Shown in pieces: positions 8,765-20,044 of a stretch of DNA of 64,000 nt. The notes under the pieces were generated by a model. That model worked only from the letters and a program-made list of their open reading frames with translations, did not search any database and had not been told where the DNA came from. Positions within the stretch are counted from its first letter, which is position 1; each line of letters opens with the position of its first letter. Source of the stretch: a virus (lineage: Duplodnaviria > Caudoviricetes). The stretch is taken from positions 1-64,000 of IMG/VR virus record IMGVR_UViG_3300013383_000001, one strand, 5' to 3'. Position numbers and translations under genes: made by a program.

Positions 8765-9277
8765 TTATATTGTAATTATTAGGTTGCCAATCGCGAAATC
8801 TCTAACATCACCAGGAGTTGTAAAACCTATTATACCTGCTTCTTTTCCGAACACAGCTTCTAATGCTTCTCTTGTTGCATCAGAACAATTATTTGTTACT
8901 AAATTATAATCGTCATCATCGAAATATCTAGTAACCCTTCTATCTCCTACATCTAATTCACTATGTCCTATAGGCATAGTATCATCAGAGTAATCACGCC
9001 AAGGATGTCCTATAGGATACCATGTTTTTAGAAATATAGGTTCCCATGCTTCTACTTCAACTTTTTGAGGATCTGCGTCTAAATGAATGTAATCAGGATT
9101 ATTGTAATAATAGTCAAAATGAGAATTAATAATAAAATCGCTCATTTTATCTACATTATTATAATCATTAGAATTATCAAATATAGGAGAAAGAGTATCC
9201 TCATCTAACTTATCTTTATAATATACACCTTTTAGGTAATTCCGCATTGCTTCTATTGAAATATCATTATCTTCCAT
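8765..9277 (-). CDS. permuted papain-fold (PPPDE/LRAT-like) protein
   Basis: GHSEL...YNLVTNNCSD motif order (His before Cys); start placed at ATG 9277 because the upstream gene reads through to 9267. Confidence 0.65.
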   Translation of the reverse strand: MEDNDISIEAMRNYLKGVYYKDKLDEDTLSPIFDNSNDYNNVDKMSDFIINSHFDYYYNNPDYIHLDADPQKVEVEAWEPIFLKTWYPIGHPWRDYSDDTMPIGHSELDVGDRRVTRYFDDDDYNLVTNNCSDATREALEAVFGKEAGIIGFTTPGDVRDFAIGNLIITI

Positions 9278-10934
9278 TTCCGAATCCTGACATTTGTTTT
9301 GCATACCAATCTGCTGCTTGCTATCTATCTGAGAATCCTGCAATCATTTCATTATCTGCGTTATAAAAATTATATGCACCGTTATCTACTTCTGGAGTGT
9401 TATTTAAATACCCAACATAATTAGTAAGATAATTAGACATTTTTGATGCTAAACTTGGTTTAGATGTTTCTTGAACAGGTTCTTCAACTTTCTCTTCTGG
9501 GATTCCTGTTAATCTACGCATTATAGATTCCGCAGATCGAGGCTGGTGTGGACGAAACATTGAAGCATCTCCATTTAAATATTCTTGCGTTAAATGTCCT
9601 ACATCATATAAAGTTTCGTCTGTGCCAAACTTATTATTAAGTGGAGCAACTCTATTACCAAGCCGAGAGGTTTTTGTAACTCCGTTAAGTTCATCTCTTC
9701 TTTTAATACTGCTAAAAAAATCATTTTCGGACCAAATATGTTTGCCTTGAGCCTTTTCTCCTTCCCAGACTTTTTTTTGTTGAGCTACTGCTTTTAATTG
9801 AATTTCTCTGTCTAACTACGCTATTGTATTTTCAAATTTATCTCTTAACGCTAATGCTTTGTTATTCAATTCAGCATTTTGATTAGTGGTAGTATTATCT
9901 TGTTCGTTATAATATTTCACAAATCCGTAAGTATCTAAAGCGGCTTCTGATCCAAAGTCAAAGGCTGATGAAGCAAAGAATGATAAAACTGATTTTGTTG
10001 CTGGGGTTTTAGCAGTTTTTAAAAGCATTTTTGCTGTAGGACCAGCAAGCATACAAACTGCTCCTACAACTGCTTCTATAGAATTAGTTGTTGCTTCATC
10101 TTCATCTCCACGTTCATGGGCGCGAACTGCCTAAATTCCATCCACAATAGTCCCTCCTGCGCTAATAGCTGTACCAACCCAAGCAGCAGCTGTGTATATC
10201 ATAGCAGCAGATGCAGCAGATGCAGTACCAGCTGAAGCAACAGCAAGAGCCACCGCCGCAACTACTGCAGTAATAGCACCTGCCCAAGTAAGACCAATCT
10301 CCCAATCTGATAGTGCCTTATCTGTGCTATCTTCAGGGGTTATAAAGAATTGCGGATTAAGTTTTATTTTCTCATCTATTAATCTTTTAGCAAGAGTAAA
10401 AGAAGGACCTGTTACCTATATTGACATAGGGTTTCCTTTTTCATCAGTATATATTGCATTGTTATTTGCTTTAAATCCTTCAATATCAACCCAATCGCCA
10501 CGTCCCTTTCCGTCAGAATAACTACTATAGATTTGAGTTTTTCCTTGATTTATGTCCTCCTAATCTTCTTTAGAAAGATCTCTATAATTAGTTAAATATA
10601 TATTATTTGCTATATCATAGAGCATTGCATCTGCACGCTTGGTAGGATCTTCTGGAAGAGTTTTAATGTAATTTTGAACATCTTTATCGTTTGCTAAATC
10701 TTTATAATTTTGTTTGTATGATTTATTTAAAGTATCAAGATATGTTTCTTTTAACATACTCTCGTAAAGACTTTTTGCTTGAGGATTAGTCATAAGTTTA
10801 GAAGGATCTAGAAATTCCTTAGGAGGAGATGTATGAAGAAACTAATAGGCTCGATAAATAATTATTAAATTTCTTATATTTTCACTAATCTTTTCTTCTT
10901 TAGAAATAGGTTGATGTCTTCTACCTTTAGCCAT
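9267..10934 (-). CDS. putative cargo/ejection protein with Ala/Gly-rich hydrophobic helices (TAG=Gln)
   Basis: Track fragments 9321, 9816 and 10560 share one frame; 555 aa; segment WAGAITAVVAAVALAVASAGTASAASAAMIYTAAAWVGTAISAGG. Confidence 0.75.
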
Positions 10935-11145
10935 TATCAAACTTCTTAAAAATTCCTGTAATACTATCTACTCCTAACAAACTTACAATACTTATTATAA
11001 ATGTATCCATACAATTAGGAGTGTCTATTTTAAATATAGGAAATATTATCATAATACATACTATAACAATAAATCCCAGTATCCCACATAAGCGTTTGCT
11101 GCTAACGCCTGAATGAGACATTATTAATTTCTTTATAAATTCCAT
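10927..11145 (-). CDS. small two-TM membrane protein (holin-like)
   Basis: SSKRLCG followed by two hydrophobic helices and a basic C-terminus. Confidence 0.6.
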   Translation of the reverse strand: MEFIKKLIMSHSGVSSKRLCGILGFIVIVCIMIIFPIFKIDTPNCMDTFIISIVSLLGVDSITGIFKKFDNG

Positions 11146-13220
11146 TAGAAATACTGTTTTATTAGTTTTCCTCCTTTTTTCTTAAATGTCGCAATAGGAT
11201 AATTATAGAAATAAGGAAATCCTAGTTTAGCCTGTCTGACAAAAGGTGCCCACATTGGATTTGTTGATAGTACTTCTTCGGAAGGTTTGAACTTTCCATC
11301 AACCCTAAACATCTACCAATTATCAGAATTCTATCCAAACCCATTTAAAAGTTCTATGTGTGAAAAATTAGCTGGTTCAACGTGCATTCGTTTAGGTCTT
11401 TCTAAATTACCTAAAACCATAGGATATGAATCAGTGGAATAGTCGTAATTTAAATTTAAAGGACCATCTGCAGAAGGCTTATAAAATATCTAAGGTGTTT
11501 TAACATAGTCTCGTATCATTTTCCATTTTTCAATATCTGGAATAGATAGTGACTTTACTCTAGCAATAAAATTAGAAAGCGGCAGTGCAGAATATTCTCC
11601 AGATCCTGTATCCAAACCCCTTATAGGTTCTGTAGCTAATTTACGTATTACACCTCTATAAAACTACATAGATAAAGGATCTATCTTTCTTACAGGTTCA
11701 CCATTTGGGTTTACTCTTTCTTCGTCTAATTCCAATTGAGGAATTTTTCTAGGAGTTCTACCTTCTGCTGAAGCCAATGCTGTTTCCTCTGCCATTTTCT
11801 TAGCCTATTCAGCTATAATTTGTTTAGTTAATAAGTAAGATTGAGATTCGTTATTTGGAGAATGATCAGTTACTAAAATTGGATTAGACTCATCCATGTT
11901 TCCGAATATTTTCTACATGTACTCAGTAGTACTTCCTGTATTATAAGGGCGCACATCCATTACAGCTTCTGTACCTTCTGGAGTGAGTGCCTCGTGGTCA
12001 CCAAATGTTTTACGAATATAATTATTTAACTAGTCTATCGCAGATTGTTTTATTGCTTCAACACGACTTGTAGCTTCAGCTGTATTTACCAAAGGACGTT
12101 CTAATCCAAATCGTATTGCGTCTTCATAACCTTTATCAATTCCAAGCATCTCAGAATAACTAATATCTGGGTTATATTCAAAATTTGGAACATTACCTTC
12201 TTCTAAAGAATATTTTATAGGAGTTACTTTAACTTCTGGTGCAGGTAATGCTTTAGGAGCTTCTGATGTACTTGTTATTGCACGTTGTGGTCTTGCTTCT
12301 ATAGCTTTAGTTGGACCTGTTATTTCTAACCCATTATAAGGAGATGGTGCAACATCTTGACGTACTTCTAATGCAACTTTATTACGTGCTTCATTCGCTG
12401 CATTATTCCACATAGTTCTTACATCAGAAACTGCCCTACTAGCACCATTTACTGCCTTACCAGCATAAATGTCTCCTAATAAATTTCCAAGTAATGCAGT
12501 TCTAGGATTCTATGATGCCCAATCTTCATTAAAAAAACCGCTATTTCCATTCACCCATGCATCTACAGCATCATTTGCCCCATATTGAAAACCTCTGCGA
12601 AATGTTCCGAATAACTAATCAAATGGCATAAAACCTTGACTTAATCCAAACATAGTTCCAGCAGCAGAATTACCAAATGCCCCTCCCATGAAAGGAGCAA
12701 GAGCAACTCCGTAAGCGATTCTAGCATTCTATGCAAATCGCTAATTTATAAGACTGGGGTTTTCGTATGCATATCTGTCACTAACTGGATTTGAACCATA
12801 CATGTTAAGAAAGAAACCATTAGTTAGTTGATTCATTCTTACTGCCTATTCTCTTTGCTGTCTATTTCTTTCCAGTTCGGCATCACTCAACCCTGTCCTT
12901 AATTGAGGCTACCCCGACTTATAAGCCTAGTCTTGTTCAAATTTATTCCAAAGATCATTTAACATAGAAGGAGGAAGTGTCATACCTTTATAAATTTCAG
13001 GTAAGTATCCTTGAGTTATTAAAGTTTCTATTTTACTCTATTCCTCATCCTATTTAGCTTCAAGTGCACTTCTAGTAAACTTCCTATTCCATTCTGCACT
13101 AAAAGGCTAAGAACTACTAAATGGATTTATAGGTTGTGTCATGTACTCAAGCTAATATGGCACACCTCTATACTATTCATTAGATTGTCCTAGATCAGTT
13201 GTTTTGTAATCCTCTTCCAT
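11145..13220 (-). CDS. large hypothetical putative cargo protein (TAG=Gln)
   Basis: ATG 13220 and TAA 11145 are in frame with track fragment 12030..12413; ends FKKKGGKLIKQYF; TAATG overlap. Confidence 0.7.
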
Positions 13221-13223
13221 TTT

Positions 13224-13847
13224 TTAAATACTAATAGTTACATCAGTAGTAGGTGATTGTACCCACTTATTCCATGTTCTTACTGCCCAAGTATCAGGAC
13301 CAAAATGAAAATGAGGTCCAGTACCACCTGTTCTTGAGAGAATCTCAGGAGTTATCTCATTTATAATACCCCATCCTTTCTGGGACATATATGATTTAAC
13401 AGTTTCATTAGAAGTAAGAATCCTCATGAAATCTTGATAATCTTTAGTTGTTCCTCCAACAATAGAAATATCTCTAGCCATAGCATTTCCAGTATCTGGA
13501 TCTTTACGTCTATGATTACTAGTCTTTGAACCAATATTAGAAGTTCTTAATGCTTTATTACCAAACTTAATCTGTTTACCATTAACACTAGTAATTCCTT
13601 CTCGTTTAAGAAGATCTTCTATATCAATATTTTTTAAATTATTCATTGTCTTCTTTTTTGGTTTTTCCTCCTCATCTACAAACTCAGCTGTTGGATCAGT
13701 ATAGTATTTACTCCAATCAACTGATTGATACGCAGGAAGATCCTAATAGTCATCATAATCATCAGGATCTTCAAAAGTAAACGTACTCAATTTAGGAGGT
13801 TTAACTACATTGTATGTAGCAAATATATCTTTAAAGTTTACTGCCAT
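13224..13847 (-). CDS. M15/LAS-family peptidase-like protein (TAG=Gln)
   Basis: SNH...GNAMARDI and GPHFHFG zinc-ligand pattern; N-terminal extension through one TAG. Confidence 0.65.
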
Positions 13848-15280
13848 TATTTAGAAAGTCTAAATGGATCATTAGGATTAAATTGCTTCACTCCTACATA
13901 TTCCAAAAATTGATTTTGTGGAACCTTTATTGTACCATCTGCGTTAAAAAAAGAATTATCATAACTTATATTAAGCTGCTTCTTAATCTCTTCGTCAGTA
14001 GGTGTGGTTTGAGTAGGTTGAAAAATAGCAGGATTAGTCTGAAGATATTTATTTAAGTTATCAAGAGTTCTTCTTTGTACACCTTTTAAATTATTGAGAT
14101 ATTGTTGTACTGATTCACCTCCACAGTATTGTTTATCATATCCTTGTAAACCGTATGTAAACTCATAAAGATTTTTAGCATTTCTACAATGCTTAAAATT
14201 CGTTTCAAGAGTATTAACATATCCTCTAGCATAATCATCTATATCATTAAAAGATTGCCAATTATCTACTGTACCTCCACTTAGACCTCCATAGTTATAT
14301 CTATCTGCCAGATTAGAACGACCATACGAGGATTCATGAGCTGCTTGCTAAGTCCCCCAAGTTGCAAGATTTCTTGCTTGAGCATCATCAACACCTCTTT
14401 TTCGCCATTCCTTGTAAAGAGCAGGAAACATTTCACTTACAAATTTGTAATATGTCCCATCTGCATAACGACCTCCTGTAGTAATTTTTTTCTATTTACC
14501 TCCGCCTTTTAAGAAGCGAATTAATCCTCCAAATCTATAAGCTAAAGTTTGATCTGTTGGGGCTGTAGTTGGATCATTCCTTAATTCCTTTAATGTTTTA
14601 TCACTTGTATATTCACTAGGATTAAATATATAATTTGAATAATCTTTATTAAGTTGTTGTTTAACTTCTTCATCAGTAGGAAGAGCAGGTTGTTCGTATG
14701 CACTCATTATATCATACAACTGTTGTGCTATTGCATATCTTTCTCTAGCTTCTTTTTCTCTTTGCCCAGGTCTAACAAATCCATTTACTAACGCATGATT
14801 AATCTGTTCCAAAGTTGCATTAGGATCTGAAAAAACTTTATAAGCAGTTCTTTTACTACTATACCCATTAGCAGAACCTCCAGAGTTCCAACTCTTTCTA
14901 TCTGTTGTATTATTAATTGTGTCATTAATTAACTTAATTTGAAGATCTAATGCTTGCGTAGGAGAATAGGATCTGCTATAATTATTTCCTATTCTATCAG
15001 TACCCCACTAAATCAATCCTTTAAAACTACCATTTATTGCAAACGGATCTCCTCCAGATTCCTAAATAATCGTAGCAAGAATTGCACATTTCTATTTAAG
15101 ATTTAAGTTAGATAATCTATCCGCAATATAATTTAGATTATCTACATTATATTTTCTACCACCTGTTTTTAATCCAGAGAAATCATATTTATTCTAAACT
15201 CCTCCTTCTCTATATACACGAATCATTCCTCCTGATTTATAAAATCGAGGAGGTTTCTTATTAATTAAATATTTGATCAT
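13847..15280 (-). CDS. two-domain peptidoglycan hydrolase: phage-tail-lysozyme-like plus GH73-like (TAG=Gln)
   Basis: II(TAG)ESGGDPFA...GLI(TAG)W lysozyme motifs; QAAHESSYG...YNYGGL glucosaminidase motifs; 477 aa. Confidence 0.75.
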
Positions 15281-16371
15281 TTTTTAATTGAATTATAAAT
15301 TTTAGTTACATCAGATGCATATTTTCTAGAATGAGGACCTCCTCTGTCACTACCATATCCACTTACTAATAAGGTCATTGCAAAATCGTAAGGTTTATTA
15401 GCAGCAACTCTATTAAAAATATTATATCTACTATTAGACACCAAATTAATTTTGAATCTACAATAATCATTTAAAGAACTGAAATCTCTAAACTTAGTTT
15501 TAGTTTTATACATTCCTTTATTTGGATCCCATTGTGTAGTGTATTTATAAGTCCCAGGAGCATTCTTACTGGCATTAATTCCTCCATAATTATATTTACC
15601 TGTAACATGTTTACCCCATCCTGATTCTAATGCATCTTGAGCAGTTAAAGCGTAAGCATACTCAGGATTTAATCCTTTCTTAGTCAACTCTTGTTTATAA
15701 GCTGCTATCAACGAATTAGAAAAAGATTCTTTAGTTTTATATTTCTGAGGAGCTTGTACAGTATTAGAAATAGATCCTCCTTGATTGATTACACGTCTAA
15801 TGGTTATAATACTAGAAGTAGGTTTAGTGAATTTATCCTCTACAACTCCATAATCTTTGCCTTTAGCTTCTAATACATATATACTTCCATCTGAACCTAT
15901 TCTACTAACCATTGAGACGTGCCTACCTGAAGCACCGCTTCCTTTACTACATATAATATCTCCTACTTGAAGATTATTTAAAGATACTTCTGTACCTGCT
16001 TTAAATATTCCTTCAGTACTCTTAGGAAGATCAATTCCATTCTGCTTAAATACATACTGCAAATATCCTGAACAATCAAATCCCTTATCAGGAGAGTTAC
16101 CTCCTGAAATATATTTATTACCAAGTAAAGATCTACCTGTATTTAATATATTGTTAGTTAAAGATGTGATTGTAGGGTCACTATTCTTAGGGATATTTTC
16201 ATCTACAAATTCAGGAGTATTATTAGCAAATATAAGAGTGTTATCAAATGGATAATCAATCTCTATATCATCTCCATAAAAATCTAACATTGTGTCATCT
16301 GTTAATATATCCTCATCAATCTCAGGAGGTTTAACTACATTATAAGTTGCGAATATATCACTATATTTCAT
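15277..16371 (-). CDS. NlpC/P60 peptidase plus GH73 glucosaminidase
   Basis: GFDCSG, GD, HVSM motifs; QDALESGWG, YNYGGI, FRDFSS motifs. Confidence 0.85.
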   Translation of the reverse strand: MKYSDIFATYNVVKPPEIDEDILTDDTMLDFYGDDIEIDYPFDNTLIFANNTPEFVDENIPKNSDPTITSLTNNILNTGRSLLGNKYISGGNSPDKGFDCSGYLQYVFKQNGIDLPKSTEGIFKAGTEVSLNNLQVGDIICSKGSGASGRHVSMVSRIGSDGSIYVLEAKGKDYGVVEDKFTKPTSSIITIRRVINQGGSISNTVQAPQKYKTKESFSNSLIAAYKQELTKKGLNPEYAYALTAQDALESGWGKHVTGKYNYGGINASKNAPGTYKYTTQWDPNKGMYKTKTKFRDFSSLNDYCRFKINLVSNSRYNIFNRVAANKPYDFAMTLLVSGYGSDRGGPHSRKYASDVTKIYNSIKK

Positions 16372-16625
16372 TTATGATTCCATTTTCTAGCATTTAAAGC
16401 AAAAATAGCTCTCTTCCTAGTAAGAGGATTTTTGCTATGTGCTAATTCCTCAGTAGTTTTACCTGTTCTCTTTTTAGTTTCAGTAAACTTACCTCTATTC
16501 TCTTTCTTTATCTTTATTTTATATCCATTCTTATAAAACGGAATATTCTCATTATCATTATCTACACCATTTCCATAATCATTTGTGTAATAGTTGTAAA
16601 ACTCTGCAAAAGTCATAATTTTCAT
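16368..16625 (-). CDS. small basic crAss-type protein
   Basis: IKIKKENRGKFT...RKRAIFALNARKW motif, recalled from crAss-like phage proteins. Confidence 0.7.
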   Translation of the reverse strand: MKIMTFAEFYNYYTNDYGNGVDNDNENIPFYKNGYKIKIKKENRGKFTETKKRTGKTTEELAHSKNPLTRKRAIFALNARKWNHK

Positions 16626-16666
16626 CGTGTATTATATATAATAATATATGTTGTGTCAGATCTCAT

Positions 16667-16707
16667 TTTGTACTAACAAACTTAATTATTAAATTTGTAA
16701 TTACAAA
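16667..16707. promoter_or_regulatory. overlapping divergent Bacteroidota promoters
   Basis: Plus: TTTG 16667-16670, N19, TAAATTTG 16690-16697. Minus: TTTG 16707-16704, N19, TAAGTTTG 16684-16677. Confidence 0.75.
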
Positions 16708-16737
16708 CCAATGTTAAATTTTAAATGTTTATGTTGA

Positions 16738-17643
16738 ATGAAATATGATAAAATTAATGGAAATGTAGGGTTTGTAGAAGATACACATGAGTATTCTTCT
16801 TTAACTGACCCAGATAAGAAGTATGTTAGTGTTACAACATTAATCCACAGTTATACTCAGCCATTTGATGAAGATTTTTGGAGTGCTTATAAAGCATTAG
16901 AAAAATTGCTTCCTAAAGAATCTTGGAATATGGAAAAGAAGTCTTTATTATCATCTCATAAGTTTAATAAAGAGCTTCTTAATCTTTATAACATATCTGA
17001 GAATGATTTCAACAGAGAGCAACAAAATATTCTTGATGAATGGCAAGCTACTAAAGATGAAGCATGTGAGAGGGGTACTAAGATGCACGCAGAGATAGAA
17101 CATAGTTTTTACGATGCAGGTACTAAATGTGATGTAAGTAAATTTGGGATTGGAGGAAAATTCACTTGTAAAAAAGATTATTCTGATTTAGATTTAGAAA
17201 AGGGTGTATATCCTGAGTATCTTATTTATAGAGAATCTGATGATGGTATTCTTAGGATTGCAGGGCAAATTGATTTAATCATTAAAAATGGTAATGAACT
17301 CATATTAGCAGATCATAAAACAAATAAAGAAATCAAGCAGAAGAGCTTCTATGATTCAAAAACCAAGAGTTCTGCTAAGATGAAATATCCTTTAAACAAT
17401 CTCGATGACGTAAATTATTATCATTATGCATTACAATTATCCACATACGCATGGATGCTTCAGAAATTAAATCCTGATTTCATTATCAAGGATTTAATTA
17501 TCAATCATTATGATCACAATGGTAAAAACACATTATACCATTGTCCTTATCTTAAAAAGGAAGTAGAACGTATGTTATATGATTATAAGAAAAAGATTCA
17601 ATTAGAAGCTAAGAGAAATAAACGCAAACATATAGAATATTGA
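16738..17643 (+). CDS. PD-(D/E)xK exonuclease
   Basis: SVTT, RGTKMH, GQIDLII, LADHKT, YALQLSTY motifs. Confidence 0.85.
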   Translation: MKYDKINGNVGFVEDTHEYSSLTDPDKKYVSVTTLIHSYTQPFDEDFWSAYKALEKLLPKESWNMEKKSLLSSHKFNKELLNLYNISENDFNREQQNILDEWQATKDEACERGTKMHAEIEHSFYDAGTKCDVSKFGIGGKFTCKKDYSDLDLEKGVYPEYLIYRESDDGILRIAGQIDLIIKNGNELILADHKTNKEIKQKSFYDSKTKSSAKMKYPLNNLDDVNYYHYALQLSTYAWMLQKLNPDFIIKDLIINHYDHNGKNTLYHCPYLKKEVERMLYDYKKKIQLEAKRNKRKHIEY

Positions 17644-17646
17644 GTT

Positions 17647-17916
17647 ATGTGGAATGTTGGACAAATTGTTGAAGGAACAGTAAAAAATATATTAGATATA
17701 AATACAGAATTGAGCGATGAAAGAATGAAGATATGTAAAGAATGTCCTTTGTTTATTCCGTTTATGGGAGGTCAATGTAATAGTAAGGGATGGTTGAATC
17801 CTAAAACAAATGATGTTTCAACGGTAGCAAAAGAAGGATATTATAAAGGTTGTGGTTGTATATTAAAATCAAAAACAAAAGCTAAATATGCAGAATGTCC
17901 TGCAGGTAAATGGTAA
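17647..17916 (+). CDS. zinc-finger protein
   Basis: CKECP, C, CGC and CPAGKW cysteine pattern. Confidence 0.75.
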   Translation: MWNVGQIVEGTVKNILDINTELSDERMKICKECPLFIPFMGGQCNSKGWLNPKTNDVSTVAKEGYYKGCGCILKSKTKAKYAECPAGKW

Positions 17917-17923
17917 ATGAATT

Positions 17924-18520
17924 ATGGCAAATAGAATTGTAATGACTGAAGAGGAAAAGCTCGCACAGAAGATTGTTGGTGGTGAGCAGTTTAACATGGC
18001 AGAAAATCACATTGAAGATATTATTGCTCGTAATGAAGCAACTAAATATAATAATCAAGTAGATGAATATGCAGAGAGATTGAAATCTCATATTGAGAAT
18101 TTACAGAAGGTAGCTGAGGAAATTGGATCAAACGTGGATAAGATGGAAATCAAACCTATGTTTAATAAAGTACTTCTTAAACCGTTTGAACAAAATCCTT
18201 TCCAAAAGGTTACAATAGATAAAGCAACTAATCTTATAATTGATACAGGTGGATTTGATCCTGGGTATCACAAATCACAAGATACAGGTAAATTTGAACA
18301 AGAAGAAACAGTTATACTTACAGGGGCAGTACAAGAAGTTGGTCCTGACTGTAAATATCTTCAGCCAGGCGATGTAGTATTTTATGATAAGCGTATGGCT
18401 ATGCCTGTGCCATTCTTTAAGCAAGGTTTGTGGCTTATAGGTGAGAGTGCAGTTATATCTGTGGTCAATGAAGGATTAGAGGAAAGATTTAAAAAAATTA
18501 AAGAAAATGGAAGAGAATAA
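17924..18520 (+). CDS. GroES/Cpn10-like protein
   Basis: IKPMFNKVLL...VQEVGP...LQPGDVVFY. Confidence 0.7.
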   Translation: MANRIVMTEEEKLAQKIVGGEQFNMAENHIEDIIARNEATKYNNQVDEYAERLKSHIENLQKVAEEIGSNVDKMEIKPMFNKVLLKPFEQNPFQKVTIDKATNLIIDTGGFDPGYHKSQDTGKFEQEETVILTGAVQEVGPDCKYLQPGDVVFYDKRMAMPVPFFKQGLWLIGESAVISVVNEGLEERFKKIKENGRE

Positions 18521-18740
18521 TGTTTATTTTAATGCAGGAGATATAGTCACACTAAGACAAGATATTCCTAATAAGCCAACTATGTTAGTTATTAAAAAAG
18601 AAACTAATATCTTTAAACATGATCCTGATAAGTTTACAGATAAGAAAGCTGTACTTATTGGTATTAGATGTCGTTGGTTTACAAAAGATGGTTACGTACA
18701 AGAAGCTATTTATAATACTAAGGATTTAATTAAAGTATAA
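18507..18740 (+). CDS. YodC/DUF2158-like protein
   Basis: FNAGDIVTL...PTMLV...CRWF pattern. Confidence 0.65.
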   Translation: MEENNVYFNAGDIVTLRQDIPNKPTMLVIKKETNIFKHDPDKFTDKKAVLIGIRCRWFTKDGYVQEAIYNTKDLIKV

Positions 18741-18741
18741 T

Positions 18742-19455
18742 ATGGACGAACAAATGCAACAACAGATTATCCAGCTTGTTCAAGCAGCAATGCAGGGTAA
18801 TTAGGAAGCTAAACAACAAATTGAACAGATAATGCAAGCTGCTCAGTAGGGCGATCCTCAAGCACAGCAAATAGCACAAGCTATTCAAGGTATAGTACAA
18901 TAGATGCAAGGTGTACAATCTGCAAGGCGTGGTGCTAAACTTGCATACGTTAGACAACTTCGTGGAATCTGTCCTGAAGGCACTGAAATGAGATACTATA
19001 AAGTTGGCGGAACCATCTGTAAGAAGTGTGTACAGAAAGCTCGTGCAGGTAAGAAAGTAAGTAAACCTAAGAACGCAGTTGAAGAGTTTAAATGTGGCAG
19101 AAAGGTTAATAAATTTGATGGCGGAGGTAAGAATAAAAAGGTTGTCGGAAATGGAGATACTCCTGCAAGAGACATCTACAGAGGAGGTAGGTATTATACG
19201 ATAAGTGATAAAAATCTTAACGCACGAGATGAAGTAATAGAAGGTACTGGTGGAGATCTTTTAATTTGGCCCAATACAATAACAATTGGAACTGTTGGCA
19301 GAGATAGTGTAGCTAGTGAGATTCCAGCTCATTTCAGAAGCGGGCTTTTCGATAGCCACGCGGAAAGTTATTCTAAAAAAGAAAATCCTGTAGGGTTTAA
19401 TAGAATCAGAAATCGCTTCCGTCAGGCGCAATCTGTAGTAAAGAAGAAAAAGTGA
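18742..19455 (+). CDS. Gln-rich hypothetical protein (TAG=Gln)
   Basis: MDEQMQQQIIQLVQAAMQGN...; TAGs at 18802, 18847 and 18901 fall within a Q-rich tract. Confidence 0.8.
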
Positions 19456-20042
19456 TTAATAATATATTTGAATTAGACAATCGAACTAATCAGGTAATTA
19501 TTAATAGTCCAGAAGCCTTACTTATAAGAGAATTTAAAGCTCTCTTTGAAAAGAATAGAAATAAATGCAAGGAAGATCCTACTGGTGAGTAGGGCCTTCG
19601 TGCATACAGAGAGTTAACATATATAGTGTTAGCAATCTGGTGGAGGAGTCCATACTCAGATTACGATGAGCAAGAACGACATCAAGAATCATTAAAAGAT
19701 GCAAACTTAACAGAAGAGGAATTTAATGATCCTACATTCCGAACTGCTTGTAGAAAATACAAATCTTTACAAGAATCAAATCGATCTATAAAGATGTTAA
19801 AAGCAGCTTAGGAAATGTGTGATAAGTTTATAGAATATTTTACAACAGTAGATCCTTTAACTGACCGTAAAGAAGACGGAACTCCTATTTATAAAGTGAA
19901 GGATTTACAAGTTGAAATGTAGAATATCATAAAAGTTCATGAAACTCTTTTGTAGCTTGAAGCACAAGTTAAAAAAGAGATAGAATCTAGCTCATCTCTT
20001 AGAGGAGGTTTCGAGGACGGCTTTATGCCTGATGATATATAA
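19452..20042 (+). CDS. helical protein upstream of terL, possible terminase small subunit (TAG=Gln)
   Basis: GTG overlapping the previous TGA; 196 aa under code 15; function inferred from position only. Confidence 0.6.
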
Positions 20043-20044
20043 TT

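Noticed and set aside
10192-10521. Ala-rich plus-strand ORF
   Set aside because: Antisense shadow of the hydrophobic segment of 9267..10934.
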